Below, piece by piece: positions 49,727 to 60,472 of a DNA stretch of 64,000 nt. The stretch is from an uncultured Verrucomicrobiae bacterium (GTDB lineage Bacteria; Verrucomicrobiota; Verrucomicrobiia; Chthoniobacterales; UBA10450). The stretch spans positions 192,001 to 256,000 of the forward strand of contig CAVWPA010000003.1 of the NCBI GenBank assembly GCA_963756875.1. Reading direction: 5' to 3'. The stretch's first letter is position 1; each line of letters starts with the position of its first letter. Both the position numbers and the translations under genes were made by a program. Below the pieces are notes generated by a model that had not been told where the DNA came from, did no database searches, and saw only the letters and a list, made by a program, of their open reading frames with translations.

Positions 49727-50593
49727 ATGGCTAAGAAGCCCACAGAGTACGCGCATCCGGAGGCGCTGGTTGAGACGGATTGGCTCGAGAAGCATCTCAA
49801 GGACGAAGGCATCCGCATCGTGGAATCGAACGAAGATGTGCTGCTTTACGACACCGGGCACATCCCCAGGGCGGTGCATATCGATTGGCGGGCCGATCTG
49901 CAGGACCCAGTTATTCGCGATTATATTTCGCCGGGAAAATTTGCGCGGCTTTGCAGCCGGCACGGCATCACCCCTGAGACTACCTGCATCTTTTACGGTG
50001 ACAAAGCGAACTGGTGGGCCTGTTATGCGCTTTGGGCGTTTCGGCTTTTCGGACACGAGAAGGTCAAAATTTTGAACGGTGGCCGGGATAAATGGAAAGC
50101 AGATGGCCGCCCGATGACCCGCGACGTGTTCAAATATCAAAAGGCTAATTATCCGGTGCCGCGCAAACGCCACGACGAAAAGATTCGCGCCTTCGCCGAG
50201 CATGCGCTGGCCCAAAGCAAGAGCGGCAAGCCGCTGATCGACGTGCGTTCGCCAGGCGAATACAGGGGGGAGATTACGCACATGCCGGAGTATCCGCAGG
50301 AGGGGGTCCTGCGCGGCGGCCACATCCCGGGCGCCAAAAGCATGCCGTGGAAGATGGCCACGAACGATGACAGCACATTTAAACCGGCCGAAGAACTGGC
50401 AAAGATCTATATGGATTGCTGCGGGGTCAGCCGCGACAAAGACACGATCGTGTATTGCCGGATCGGCGAGCGGTCGAGCCATACCTGGTTCGTGCTCACC
50501 TATCTCCTCGGAGTCGACAATGTGCGTAACTATGACGGTTCATGGACCGAATGGGGCAACAAGGTCGGCGCCCCGATCGAAAAGAGCACGTGA
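49727..50593 (+). CDS. sseA: Tandem-rhodanese sulfurtransferase (SseA-like)
   Basis: [38 protein letters not shown]. Confidence 0.92.
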   Translation: MAKKPTEYAHPEALVETDWLEKHLKDEGIRIVESNEDVLLYDTGHIPRAVHIDWRADLQDPVIRDYISPGKFARLCSRHGITPETTCIFYGDKANWWACYALWAFRLFGHEKVKILNGGRDKWKADGRPMTRDVFKYQKANYPVPRKRHDEKIRAFAEHALAQSKSGKPLIDVRSPGEYRGEITHMPEYPQEGVLRGGHIPGAKSMPWKMATNDDSTFKPAEELAKIYMDCCGVSRDKDTIVYCRIGERSSHTWFVLTYLLGVDNVRNYDGSWTEWGNKVGAPIEKST

Positions 50594-50611
50594 GCCTGGT
50601 TGGGAGGCTGT

Positions 50612-50672
50612 TGTAGAGCGGCTGTGTCAGCCGCCGAACTGATAGCCGGCGCTTGACGCAAGCGCCCTGCAA
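50612..50672. repeat. GTAG-type double-hairpin element
   Basis: TGTAGAGCGGCTGTGTCAGCCGC..GGCGCTTGACGCAAGCGCCCTGCA. Confidence 0.65.
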
Positions 50673-50744
50673 TTTGTTGGACCACAAGAATTAACGTAAT
50701 CCGTTTAAATCCGCGTGATTCGCGGTAAATTCCGATCACTGTCG

Positions 50745-51206
50745 ATGTACCCCAATAAGCTCAATAAGATCATTAGCCTCTTCGAGTCGCTCCCGGAAGA
50801 CGAGCGCCGCGAGACCCTCGTTTCCTACGCGGACAACGCAAAGAAACAAGAGCCGCGCGAGGACGAAAAATTCGATCTGGTCGATGTCCGTAAAGACGAA
50901 GATTGCATGGACACGGTCGGCGTCTATTTGCACGTCGATGAAAAAGGCAAGGCGCACATCCGCATGACCCTCGGCCCGGAAGTGCAGACGCTGACCCGCT
51001 CGATGACGGCAATTCTTTGCAAGGGGCTCGACGGCTGCACGCCTCGTGAGATTCTCGATCTCCCCAGCGATTTCGTGAACCGCATCGTGGGCGCGGAATT
51101 GGTGCGGATCCGCAGCCAGACGATTTTCTACGTGCTCACCCGGATCAAGGGCGTCTGCAAGGTGTGGCTCGATCGGCAGCGCATGGCTCAGGCACAGGTG
51201 GCGTAA
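50745..51206 (+). CDS. sufE: SufE-family sulfur acceptor
   Basis: Follows sseA; DCMDTV Cys, GLDGCTPREIL. Confidence 0.78.
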   Translation: MYPNKLNKIISLFESLPEDERRETLVSYADNAKKQEPREDEKFDLVDVRKDEDCMDTVGVYLHVDEKGKAHIRMTLGPEVQTLTRSMTAILCKGLDGCTPREILDLPSDFVNRIVGAELVRIRSQTIFYVLTRIKGVCKVWLDRQRMAQAQVA

Positions 51207-51320
51207 ATTCTTCAGCCACGGGAGACCCTTCTCCCGCAAAAGCCGGCTCAGGATGATCGCGCAAGAATTCGCGATTCGCGCGTGAAGTTCCTCTGATTTG
51301 ATTTATCATCCCGCGCGCAG

Positions 51321-54300
51321 ATGCCGCGGAATAACCAGCTCAAGAAAATCCTGCTGATCGGGTCCGGTCCAATCGTGATCGGGCAGGGCTGTGAATTTGA
51401 TTATTCCGGTGTGCAGGCTTGCAAGGCATTGAGGGAAGAGGGTTACCAGGTCGTGCTGGTGAACTCGAATCCGGCCACGATCATGACCGACCCCGAGTTC
51501 GCCGATCGCACGTATATCGAGCCGATCACGGCAGAAGTGATCGAAGCGATCGTCCAGCGTGAAAAACCGGATGCGATTTTACCGACGATGGGCGGGCAAA
51601 CCGCCCTCAACGCCGCAATGGAACTTTACCGCAACGGCGCGCTCGTCCGGCACGGCGTGAAATTAATCGGAGCCAATGCGCAGGCGATTGCGAAGGGCGA
51701 AGACCGGCAGCTGTTCAAGGAAGCGATGTTGCGCATCGGCCTGGATGTCCCGCGCTCAGGCGTGGCGCGTTCGCTCGCGGATGCAGCCCGGATCGCCACG
51801 GAGATCGGCACTTTTCCGCTCATCATTCGCCCCGCATTTAGCCTTGGCGGGATGGGCGGCGGAATCGCATACAACGGCGACGAACTGGACGACATCACCG
51901 CGCGCGGTCTTGATGTGTCCCCGGTCACCGAAGTTTTGATCGAAGAGTCGCTGGTCGGCTGGAAGGAATTCGAGATGGAAGTGATGCGCGACCATATGGA
52001 CAACTGTGTGGTCGTTTGTTCCATCGAAAACTTCGATCCGATGGGCGTTCACACCGGCGACTCGATCACTGTGGCGCCGGTGCAGACGCTCACCGACAAG
52101 GAATACCAAATGATGCGCGACGCCTCATTCGCGGTCATCCGCGAGATCGGCGTGGAAACGGGCGGCTCAAACATCCAGTTTGCCATTCACCCGGACAATG
52201 GCCGCATGATGATAATCGAAATGAATCCCCGCGTGTCGCGTTCCAGCGCGCTCGCCTCCAAGGCGACCGGCTTTCCGATTGCAAAGATCGCAGCCAAACT
52301 CGCAGTCGGGTACACGCTCGACGAAATCAAAAACGATATCACGCGCGAAACACCGGCATGTTTCGAACCGACGATCGATTACTGCGTGGTGAAAGTGCCG
52401 CGGTTCACGTTTGAAAAATTTCCGCAGGCCGATCCCACGTTGACGACGCAAATGAAAAGCGTCGGTGAAGCGATGGCCATCGGTCGCACATTCAAGGAGG
52501 CGTTGCAAAAAGCCTTGCGCAGTCTGGAAATCAAACGCTTCGGCTTGTGCGGTGACGGGGCTGACAAACCTGCTCTCGATCCCGAGTCGTTGCGGTTGAA
52601 GCTTTCAATTCCAAATGCGGAGCGAATTTTTTACCTGGCACAGGCATTCCAAAATGGAATGTCCATTGACGAGGTTTTTGAACTCACAAAAATCGACAGG
52701 TGGTTTTTGCGAAATGTGGCTGAGATCGTAACGGAAGCGACCGCGCTGCGCAGTACAACGGGTAAAACACCGGCGGAGCGTCTGCTGCGCTCCAAGAAGC
52801 TGGGTTTCTCGGATCGGCAACTTGCGATCGCGAACGGCTCGTCGGAAGAGAAAATACGGGCGGCTCGGATTGCGGAAGGAATCACGCCAACTTACCGGCT
52901 CGTGGATACTTGCGCGGCCGAATTCGAAGCTTACACGCCCTACTATTACTCGACGTATGGCGATGAGAACGAGCGGCGCGAGAGCGGCAAACGCAAAGTG
53001 ATGATCCTCGGCGGCGGACCCAACCGCATCGGCCAGGGCATCGAATTCGATTATTGCTGCGTGCACGCGGCCTTCGCGCTGCGCGAGCTCGGGTTCGAAA
53101 CGATCATGGTCAACTCGAATCCGGAAACCGTTTCCACCGATTACGACACCAGCGACAAACTTTATTTCGAGCCTCTTACGCTCGAAGACGTGCTGAACAT
53201 TTACGATCAGGAAAAGCCCGAAGGCGTGATGGTTCAGTTCGGCGGTCAAACGCCGCTCAATCTCGCGAATGGCCTGAAAGCAGCCAAAGTCCCCATCCTC
53301 GGCACGCAGCCGGAGAGCATCGAGACTGCTGAAGACCGAAAACTCTTTGCCGCGATGCTCGACAAGCTCGGGTTGCGACAGACGCCCAGCGGTTCCGCCG
53401 TTACCGAAGACGACGCGGTCGCAATCGCGGAGCGAATTGGCTATCCCGTGCTCGTCAGGCCGAGCTTTGTTCTCGGGGGCCGCGCCATGGAGCTCGTTTA
53501 TAACGAACAGGATTTGCGCCGTTACATGACAAGCGCAATCGAGGCAAGCCCGGAACGGCCAATCCTGGTGGACCGCTTTCTTGAAGACGCCATCGAGGTG
53601 GACGTCGATTGCATTTCCGACGGCGAGACAACGGTGCTCGGCGCGATCATGGAACATATCGAAGAAGCTGGCATTCATAGCGGAGACAGCGCCTGCGTAA
53701 TTCCAACGTTTTCGCTGCCGAAAAAGGTTCTCGATGAGATCGCGTCGGCAACGAAGGCGATGGCGCGCGAATTGAACGTGCGCGGCCTCATGAATGTGCA
53801 ATTCGCGGTCAAAGGCGAAGTCGTCTACGTGCTGGAGGTGAATCCTCGCGCGTCGCGGACGGTGCCATTTGTCAGCAAGGCGATCGGCGTGCCCCTGGCG
53901 AAACTGGCTGCAAAAGTGATGACCGGAAAAACTTTGCGCGAACTCGGGTTCACAAAAGAAGTCGTGCCCGCGCACTTCTCCGTCAAAGAGGCGGTCTTCC
54001 CTTTCCTGCGTTACCAGGGAACGGATATTTCACTGGGCCCGGAAATGAAATCGACCGGCGAAGTAATGGGCATGGACGTCGATCTGGGCCTGGCCTACGC
54101 GAAATCGCAGATGGCTGCGCCGCCGCCGCTGCCGAAACGCGGAAACGTCTTCATCAGCGTGAAAAACACCGACAAGGAAGCCGTGATCCCGGTCGCCCGG
54201 GAATTTGTGAAGCTTGGATTTGGAGTTTTTTCGACCAGCGGCACGGCGGCCGCCCTGGCGAAGGCAAAAATCAAGGTGAAAAAAGTCTTCAAGCTCCATG

Positions 54301-54569
54301 AAGGCCGCCCGAACGTGCTCGACCGCGTCAAAAATGGCGACATTAACTTCATCATCAACACGCCCAGCGGCAAAATCCCCCGCGAACACGAGGTCATGAT
54401 CCGAAATGCGGCGCTCGCGCAAAAGATCCCGATCATGACCACTGTCCGGGCAGCGCAGGCAAGCGCCAACGGCATTCGGTCACTGCAGAAGAGCAAAGTG
54501 CAGGTGCGCAGTTTGCAGGAATATCACGCCGGCGCCGCGGCGGCCACCGACGCCAAACGCTACCCCTAA
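51321..54569 (+). CDS. carB: Carbamoyl-phosphate synthase large subunit
   Basis: [52 protein letters not shown] domain. Confidence 0.98.
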   Translation: MPRNNQLKKILLIGSGPIVIGQGCEFDYSGVQACKALREEGYQVVLVNSNPATIMTDPEFADRTYIEPITAEVIEAIVQREKPDAILPTMGGQTALNAAMELYRNGALVRHGVKLIGANAQAIAKGEDRQLFKEAMLRIGLDVPRSGVARSLADAARIATEIGTFPLIIRPAFSLGGMGGGIAYNGDELDDITARGLDVSPVTEVLIEESLVGWKEFEMEVMRDHMDNCVVVCSIENFDPMGVHTGDSITVAPVQTLTDKEYQMMRDASFAVIREIGVETGGSNIQFAIHPDNGRMMIIEMNPRVSRSSALASKATGFPIAKIAAKLAVGYTLDEIKNDITRETPACFEPTIDYCVVKVPRFTFEKFPQADPTLTTQMKSVGEAMAIGRTFKEALQKALRSLEIKRFGLCGDGADKPALDPESLRLKLSIPNAERIFYLAQAFQNGMSIDEVFELTKIDRWFLRNVAEIVTEATALRSTTGKTPAERLLRSKKLGFSDRQLAIANGSSEEKIRAARIAEGITPTYRLVDTCAAEFEAYTPYYYSTYGDENERRESGKRKVMILGGGPNRIGQGIEFDYCCVHAAFALRELGFETIMVNSNPETVSTDYDTSDKLYFEPLTLEDVLNIYDQEKPEGVMVQFGGQTPLNLANGLKAAKVPILGTQPESIETAEDRKLFAAMLDKLGLRQTPSGSAVTEDDAVAIAERIGYPVLVRPSFVLGGRAMELVYNEQDLRRYMTSAIEASPERPILVDRFLEDAIEVDVDCISDGETTVLGAIMEHIEEAGIHSGDSACVIPTFSLPKKVLDEIASATKAMARELNVRGLMNVQFAVKGEVVYVLEVNPRASRTVPFVSKAIGVPLAKLAAKVMTGKTLRELGFTKEVVPAHFSVKEAVFPFLRYQGTDISLGPEMKSTGEVMGMDVDLGLAYAKSQMAAPPPLPKRGNVFISVKNTDKEAVIPVAREFVKLGFGVFSTSGTAAALAKAKIKVKKVFKLHEGRPNVLDRVKNGDINFIINTPSGKIPREHEVMIRNAALAQKIPIMTTVRAAQASANGIRSLQKSKVQVRSLQEYHAGAAAATDAKRYP

Positions 54570-54614
54570 ATAGCATAAGTTGGTCGTCAACTTTCGAGAC
54601 ATCGGTCTGAACCT

Positions 54615-54697
54615 GCCCTCATCAGGCGCTTCGCGTCCTCCTCTCCCCCGGAGAGAGGATTGCCTGCCGCAGCCCAACGGAGGCGGGAGGTGAGGGC
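54615..54697. repeat. CCCTCA/TGAGGG element with 25-bp nested insert
   Basis: Matches 36125-36188 with CCTGCCGCAGCCCAACGGAGGCGGG inserted after AGGATTG. Confidence 0.75.
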
Positions 54698-54838
54698 CAA
54701 CTCTCCAGCCTCGAGCTACCATTGGCTGTCGCTACCCTCGCTTTCGGTGTTCAATAAAACTCTGGTCACGGCAGGTGAAGTCGCTCGCCACGCGGAAGCT
54801 TTATGCGAAGGTCGGGAGACATCTCTTACCGCCCGATA

Positions 54839-55780
54839 ATGAAAAATTCTTCCCGCCGTTCATCCCGTAAGCGTGCAACCGCCTCGCGGCAGCCGACCAG
54901 GCCTGGGATGACAAAAGTGGCCCTCGTCCAGATGCGTTGCGGCCGCGATCCAGAAAAAAATTTCGCGCATGCTATCGAGTTCGTTCGCGACGCCGCTAAA
55001 CAAGGGGCGCAGATCGTCTGCTTGCCGGAGCTTTTTCGCTCCCAGTACTTCTGCCAATCGGAAGAGCACAAAAACTTCGAGCTGGCTGAAGAAGTGCCTG
55101 GGAAATCGACATCTGCTCTCGGCAAAATTGCGCGGGAGCTCGGGGTGGTCATCGTGGCGTCGCTCTTCGAAAAGCGCAGCGCCGGCATTTACCACAACAC
55201 AGCAGCGATCATCGACGCCGACGGAAAGTTCCTCGGCAAGTACCGCAAAATGCACATTCCGGACGACCCGCTTTATCATGAGAAATTCTATTTCGCTCCT
55301 GGAGATCTCGGCTTTCGGTCCTGGAAAACCCAACGTGGAAAGATCGGCGTGTGCGTTTGCTGGGACCAATGGTATCCGGAAGCGGCTCGGCTGACTGCGT
55401 TGCGCGGCGCTGAGATTATTTTTTATCCCACCGCCATCGGCTGGCATCCATCGGAGAAAAAAGAGTTCGGCGCGGCACAATATTCCGCCTGGGAAACGGT
55501 GCAGCGCGGCCACGCGATCGCCAACGGTTGCTACGTTGCCGCGGCCAATCGCGTCGGTCATGAGGCGCCGGCCGGCGGCCACGGAATCGAGTTTTGGGGC
55601 CAAAGCTTTATTGTCGATCCAGCCGGCGAGATCATTGCAAAAGGCTCGGTGAACCGCGAAGAAATCGTGATCGCCGACGTGAATTGGGCCCGCGTAAACG
55701 AACATCGTACCCATTGGCCGTTTCTGCGCGATCGCCGGGTGGACGCCTATAGCGGAATCAATCAGCGGATGATCGATTAA
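54839..55780 (+). CDS. Carbon-nitrogen hydrolase (N-carbamoylputrescine amidase-like)
   Basis: LPELF, YRKMHIPDDP, CWDQWYPE, YPTAIG; start may be 54908. Confidence 0.92.
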   Translation: MKNSSRRSSRKRATASRQPTRPGMTKVALVQMRCGRDPEKNFAHAIEFVRDAAKQGAQIVCLPELFRSQYFCQSEEHKNFELAEEVPGKSTSALGKIARELGVVIVASLFEKRSAGIYHNTAAIIDADGKFLGKYRKMHIPDDPLYHEKFYFAPGDLGFRSWKTQRGKIGVCVCWDQWYPEAARLTALRGAEIIFYPTAIGWHPSEKKEFGAAQYSAWETVQRGHAIANGCYVAAANRVGHEAPAGGHGIEFWGQSFIVDPAGEIIAKGSVNREEIVIADVNWARVNEHRTHWPFLRDRRVDAYSGINQRMID

Positions 55781-55792
55781 CCACGCCGGCCA

Positions 55793-55930
55793 AAAGCTCC
55801 AAATCCCAACATCTCCGCCACAGGACGGATTCGTCCGACTGGCGAACAGGCTCCAAAAATCGCTACGCCTCCTATTGGATTTTGAAGCTTGGGATTTCTC
55901 TGGATGTTGGTGCCTGGAGCTTGGAACTTT
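55793..55930. repeat. Heptamer-arm inverted repeat with nested insert
   Basis: AAAGCTCCAAATCCCAACATC ... GATGTTGGTGCCTGGAGCTTGGAACTTT. Confidence 0.75.
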
Positions 55931-55936
55931 AGATAG

Positions 55937-56998
55937 ATGGACCTGATGACCCTTATCAAAATTCGGCGCGCCGCTCAAAAAGGCGCGGTCTCCGCGCGCG
56001 CGCACGTTCAGGTAGAGAGCGTTATGGCAAAGTTGACTCGTGAGCAACAGCCCTACTGCGAGTTGAGCCTCGCCGACGCGTGCGATCGAATGACGCTGCG
56101 GGTCTGGAGCGATCATCCCGCTTACAAAAGCTGCAGCGAACTTAAGGAACAGGACTTCATCGAGCTCAGCGCCGAGTTTCATCGGCATTCCCAGTACGGA
56201 CTTGAAGCACGCAAGTGGACGGTGCGCCCGCTAACGACACAGGAAAGGAACGAACTTTTACAGGGCCCCGCAGAGTTACGTGCGCGGCAAAGGACAGATT
56301 GGGACTTCATCGTGCAGACAGTCGCTTCGATTTCGGATCCTCGGCTGCGCGGCCTGTGCGAGGCGTTTCTTCAGGAATGGGGCGACCGTTTTCGGCGCAC
56401 GGCCGCGGCTCGTAATTATCACCACGCCCGGCGCGGCGGACTGGTCGAGCACACTGCTCAGATGATGCGGGTGGCGAAGGGAATCGCGCCGCTCTATCCA
56501 CAGTTGAACTTCGACCTCTTGCTCGCCGGCGTTCTGTTTCACGATTGCGGCAAGCTTTGGGAAAACTCTCTGCCCGAGAACGGATTCGTCATGACCTACG
56601 ACGAACGGGGCGAATTGATGGGCCACATTTCCATCGGTCTCGAGTTGGTGAATTCCATCTGGCGCAAATTGATCTCGGAGAACGGCGAAACGTGGAAAGA
56701 CTTCACTCCGGCGTCGGAAGATGTCCGCCTGCATCTGCTGCATTTGATCGGCGCGCACCACGGCGAGCTCCAATTCGGTTCGCCGGTCAGCCCGAAAACA
56801 CCGGAGGCGATGGCGCTTCATTACATCGACAACCTCGATGCGCGCCTGGAGATGTTCGCCGCCGGTTACACGACGGCGAAGCCACTCGCCGCGCGCATTT
56901 TCGATCGGGTTCGGCCGTTGCCGGGCAATCTGGTGAAATCTTTGGGGAAATTCCAAAGCGACTCCGACACACAGCCGAAAGAGGGCGAATTGCTTTAG
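55937..56998 (+). CDS. OB-fold + HD-domain 3'-5' exoribonuclease (YhaM/Cbf1-like)
   Basis: AARNYHHA..GGLVEHT, HDCGK, GHI, HHG..GSP..PKTPEA..DNLDA. Confidence 0.9.
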   Translation: MDLMTLIKIRRAAQKGAVSARAHVQVESVMAKLTREQQPYCELSLADACDRMTLRVWSDHPAYKSCSELKEQDFIELSAEFHRHSQYGLEARKWTVRPLTTQERNELLQGPAELRARQRTDWDFIVQTVASISDPRLRGLCEAFLQEWGDRFRRTAAARNYHHARRGGLVEHTAQMMRVAKGIAPLYPQLNFDLLLAGVLFHDCGKLWENSLPENGFVMTYDERGELMGHISIGLELVNSIWRKLISENGETWKDFTPASEDVRLHLLHLIGAHHGELQFGSPVSPKTPEAMALHYIDNLDARLEMFAAGYTTAKPLAARIFDRVRPLPGNLVKSLGKFQSDSDTQPKEGELL

Positions 56999-57019
56999 CG
57001 ATATCGCGCATCGGCCGTG

Positions 57020-57071
57020 GGCAGGGACGCCGCGCTGCGGCGTCCGGTCGGCGCAGCGCGCCGACCCTACC
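57020..57071. repeat. GTAG-type double-hairpin element between convergent genes
   Basis: GGCAGGGACGCCGCGCTGCGGCGTCCGGTCGGCGCAGCGCGCCGACCCTACC. Confidence 0.9.
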
Positions 57072-57885
57072 AATTTGACCTGGCAGAGCGTTTCTGCGCG
57101 ATCCGGCGCCTCGCTTCTGCGAGATAGGTTTCGTCAATTTCGAAGCCTATGAACTTTTTGACGCCGCGTCTCTGCGCGGCGAGGGCGGAGTTCCCGATCC
57201 CCAAAAACGGATCGAGCATTGTTTGAACACGCGAGACGCCGTGCAGTTTGATGCACCATTCGGCAAGTTGCACCGGAAAAGTGGCAGGATGCGGACGTTC
57301 TTTCGCGCGGCTCTGGATCGTTTCGTACGGAATGAACCAGGTGTTCCCGCGGCAGCGAAGGTCGCTTCCGCGCGTATGCCGCCAGCGCGCGATGTTGCTC
57401 TTGTCCTGATACGGAACACCAAGCGCAAGCCGGTCGATCTCAACGCGCCCGGTCTTTGTGAAATGGAAAATGTATTCGTGACAATCGTTCAGGAAGCGCT
57501 TCGAGCTGATCGGCTTGAAGTGGCCACACGAGCGAATCTCGCCTTCGCGATCCTCGATGGTGATCGACTTGATCCAGTGAATCGTGTTCTGCAGAACAAA
57601 GTGGTCGCGCAATTCGATCGCGATTTCGTGCGGCAGCATCGGATTGGATGGCGCAGCGCCAACATTGAGAAAAAACGAACCCGTGGACTTCAGGAGCCGG
57701 GATATTTGCGCTCCCCATTCCCCGCACCAAATCAAATACGATCGTCGATCCTGCCGGTCCGAATATTTTCGGTAGCGAATACCGAGATTGTAAGGCGGGG
57801 ATGTGACAACAAGATCGACATGCTCACCGGGCAGCCTTGCCATTCCCTTTACGCAATCTTCCAGACAAAGCTCGAATCGGGTCAT
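57067..57885 (-). CDS. Orphan N4/N6 DNA methyltransferase (beta class)
   Basis: TSPPYN precedes HPATFP and DPFLGIG; start at MTRFEL. Confidence 0.92.
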   Translation of the reverse strand: MTRFELCLEDCVKGMARLPGEHVDLVVTSPPYNLGIRYRKYSDRQDRRSYLIWCGEWGAQISRLLKSTGSFFLNVGAAPSNPMLPHEIAIELRDHFVLQNTIHWIKSITIEDREGEIRSCGHFKPISSKRFLNDCHEYIFHFTKTGRVEIDRLALGVPYQDKSNIARWRHTRGSDLRCRGNTWFIPYETIQSRAKERPHPATFPVQLAEWCIKLHGVSRVQTMLDPFLGIGNSALAAQRRGVKKFIGFEIDETYLAEARRRIAQKRSARSNW

Positions 57886-58037
57886 GCGAGTAATCTGAAT
57901 CGCCGCCAGCAATTCGTACAGCGAAAAAATCGCAATGCGCGTGTTCTGTTTCCGAGGAGCACGGGCTGCTAGCCTGTGCTCCCCGGACGGGCACGAAATT
58001 CGCACGCTTGGGCAAATTCGTTTATTGTTTTTCGCAC

Positions 58038-58835
58038 ATGTCGGATAAGCCTTCCAAACTGAAGATCGCGGACCGCGAGTTTACTTCGCGGCTGCTCGTC
58101 GGCACAGGTAAGTTTGCCTCCAACGAGCTGATGCGCGACGCGCTCATTGCGAGCGGAACGGAGATTGTCACCGTCGCCCTCCGCCGCGCCGATCTCTCCG
58201 GCAAAGGCGATCCCTACGCGAACATTCTGGAGTTCATCGATCCGAAGCGTTTTCTTCTTTTGCCAAACACGAGCGGAGCCCGCAACGCGCAAGAGGCAGT
58301 GCGGCTTGCGCGACTGGCCGCAAGTGCAGGCTTGCCAACCTGGGTGAAGCTGGAGATCCATCCGGACCCGCGCTATCTCCTCCCCGACCCCGTCGAAACA
58401 CTCGCGGCGGCGGAAATTTTGGTGAAGGAAGGGTTCACGGTGCTGCCTTACATCAACGCCGACCCCGTGCTGGCAAAGCGGCTGCAGGATATTGGCACCG
58501 CCACGGTCATGCCGCTCGGTTCGCCGATCGGCAGCAATCGCGGGATCGAAACGCGGCCGCAGATTGAGATCATCATTGAGCAGGCGACTGTCCCGGTGGT
58601 GGTCGACGCCGGTTTGGGCGCCCCAAGCCAGGCAGCCGAAGCGATGGAAATGGGCGCGGATGCGGTGCTGGTAAACACGGCCATTGCCATTGCGTCCGAT
58701 CCCGTCCGCATGGCGCAGGCGTTTCGCAAGGCGATCGAAGCCGGGCGCGAAGCGCGAGAAATCGGACTTGGCGAAAAGCTAGCCACCGCCGCCGCGACGA
58801 GCCCGCTCACTGGATTTCTGTCCGGCGCGAAATAA
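58038..58835 (+). CDS. thiG: Thiazole synthase
   Basis: [33 protein letters not shown]. Confidence 0.96.
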   Translation: MSDKPSKLKIADREFTSRLLVGTGKFASNELMRDALIASGTEIVTVALRRADLSGKGDPYANILEFIDPKRFLLLPNTSGARNAQEAVRLARLAASAGLPTWVKLEIHPDPRYLLPDPVETLAAAEILVKEGFTVLPYINADPVLAKRLQDIGTATVMPLGSPIGSNRGIETRPQIEIIIEQATVPVVVDAGLGAPSQAAEAMEMGADAVLVNTAIAIASDPVRMAQAFRKAIEAGREAREIGLGEKLATAAATSPLTGFLSGAK

Positions 58836-58856
58836 TCCGCTCGATGTAAAGGGCGG

Positions 58857-59078
58857 CTACCGATTCACTCCAGCGTCGTTATAGAACTCAATCTGCCGTC
58901 CGCCCACGCGACGCACAATGCGCCAGCCGCGTTTAGCTGCGAATTTCCGCAACTGACCATCTGTCATTGACTGCAAAACACGAAGTTCGGCAGGATGACT
59001 GATGAAAATCTCCGGCCTCACCGCAAGCGCGGCCGAAATTTTTGTGGCTAGCCCGGCAAGCCGTTCATCTCTGGCCAT
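58857..59078 (-). CDS. Hypothetical protein (73 aa)
   Basis: ORF with globular-looking composition (GWRIVRRVGGRQIEFYND); no family recognised. Confidence 0.5.
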   Translation of the reverse strand: MARDERLAGLATKISAALAVRPEIFISHPAELRVLQSMTDGQLRKFAAKRGWRIVRRVGGRQIEFYNDAGVNR

Positions 59079-59312
59079 AAATCGATTTCGCGCCAGGGGC
59101 TGAACGCTGGTTGTTCCCGGATTTTGTGGCGGGCGGCAACGGTGGAGGCGGTTTAAACCTGCGATTGAGCCTGTTTCTCAACACGAGATGTGCCTTTCGG
59201 CTCGGCGACGGGCCCCTTACATTTGGCTTCTTCATAGCGATCTCTTAAGATATCGGTCTGCCAATCGATTTGCGCAATTGGCGTACGCCATGTTCATCGG
59301 TTAATTTTACTG

Positions 59313-59594
59313 ATGGTTTCAGAGACAATCGAACTTCGCGGCCACATCATTGATTCGCTTACTTTGCCCAAGGTGCTCGACCAGATTCTGGGCGCGGGCG
59401 CCAATTTCAAGATTAACGAGATCAAGATCGGTCAGCGGCGCGCCGACCAAAGCTGTGCGCGCATCGAAATTTCGGGGCCGACAATCGAGGCGCTCGACGA
59501 GCTTGTGGAGCGTTTGCAGCAACAGGGGGCTGAAGTGATAAGACGGATCGATGTGCAAGGCGACCCGTCCAAGGAAGGCGCTCCGGAAAACTAA
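59313..59594 (+). CDS. Stand-alone LOR/SDH N-terminal conserved domain (as in ArgZ/AgrE and TIGR00300-type proteins)
   Basis: IELRGHIIDSL.LPKVLD.I...G..F.I....IG pattern. Confidence 0.75.
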   Translation: MVSETIELRGHIIDSLTLPKVLDQILGAGANFKINEIKIGQRRADQSCARIEISGPTIEALDELVERLQQQGAEVIRRIDVQGDPSKEGAPEN

Positions 59595-59605
59595 ATCTAA
59601 ATCTC

Positions 59606-60418
59606 ATGCGCGAGCTGCTCCTTTGCCCGCCGGACCATTACGGCATCGAATACGAGATCAATCCCTGGATGAGCCGGGCCCGCGGAGCGGATGCGCCTGT
59701 CGCGCAACAGCAATGGAAGAATCTCCGTGCCACGTTGTCGAAGCTGGATTGCAACATTCACCTGGTGAAGCCGCAGCCGAAGCTGCCCGACATGGTCTTC
59801 ACCGCTAATGCCGGGCTCGCCGTCGGCAGGAAATTCATTCCAAGCAATTTTCGTCACAAAGAACGCGCCGGCGAGGCGCCGCACTTTGCGCGATGGATGG
59901 AAGAACACGGATACCGAATCGCGTGGCTGCCCAAGGACCTGTACTTTGAAGGCGAAGGCGACGCGCTTTTTAGCGGCGACATGCTTTTCTGCGGCTACAA
60001 ATTCCGATCGGATATCCAATCGCACCGGGCCATCGCGGACATGCTCGCTTGCCTGGTCATCTCCGTCGAGCTGGTCGATCCGCGCTTTTACCATCTCGAT
60101 ACCTGCTTCTGTCCGTTGCCCGATGGCGGGGCTGTCTGGTTCCCGGCTGCGTTCGACGAATACGGGCAACGCGCCATTCGCGAGCACGTGCGCGAGTTAA
60201 TCGACGTCGTGCCTGAAGAAGCGATGCATTTTTCCTGCAATGCGGTCGTGCTTAAGCACGATGTCGTTTTACCTGAAGGCGCGCCGAAGCTGGTCGGGGC
60301 CCTTCAGAAACGAGGATACACGTGTCATCAGTTGCCGATGACGGAGTTCATCAAGGCGGGCGGCGCCTGCAAATGTCTCACCATGTTCATGCCGCAACGG
60401 GACGGCGCAAAGGAGTAG
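59606..60418 (+). CDS. Amidinotransferase/pentein enzyme, arginine dihydrolase (ArgZ N-domain)-like
   Basis: YEINPWM, DMVFTANAG, FEGEGD, YHLDTCF, GGACKCL. Confidence 0.88.
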   Translation: MRELLLCPPDHYGIEYEINPWMSRARGADAPVAQQQWKNLRATLSKLDCNIHLVKPQPKLPDMVFTANAGLAVGRKFIPSNFRHKERAGEAPHFARWMEEHGYRIAWLPKDLYFEGEGDALFSGDMLFCGYKFRSDIQSHRAIADMLACLVISVELVDPRFYHLDTCFCPLPDGGAVWFPAAFDEYGQRAIREHVRELIDVVPEEAMHFSCNAVVLKHDVVLPEGAPKLVGALQKRGYTCHQLPMTEFIKAGGACKCLTMFMPQRDGAKE

Positions 60419-60472
60419 TGGAGTAATGGGGATTCGTTTTCCCTTCCTCCACTGCTCCAATACTCCATTACT
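60412..60472. repeat. GGAGTAAT/ATTACTCC element between convergent genes
   Basis: GGAGTAGTGGAGTAATGG..CCACTGCTCCAATACTCCATTACT; contains both flanking stop codons. Confidence 0.75.

Noticed and set aside
52605..56188. Long minus-strand ORFs (456 aa and 442 aa)
   Set aside because: Antisense to carB and the CN-hydrolase; typical high-GC shadow ORFs with no motifs
57886..58037. TPP riboswitch upstream of thiG, or the extended MTase N-terminus
   Set aside because: No CTGAGA/TPP core is visible; the region contains a short GGAGCAC/GTGCTCC hairpin of repeat type
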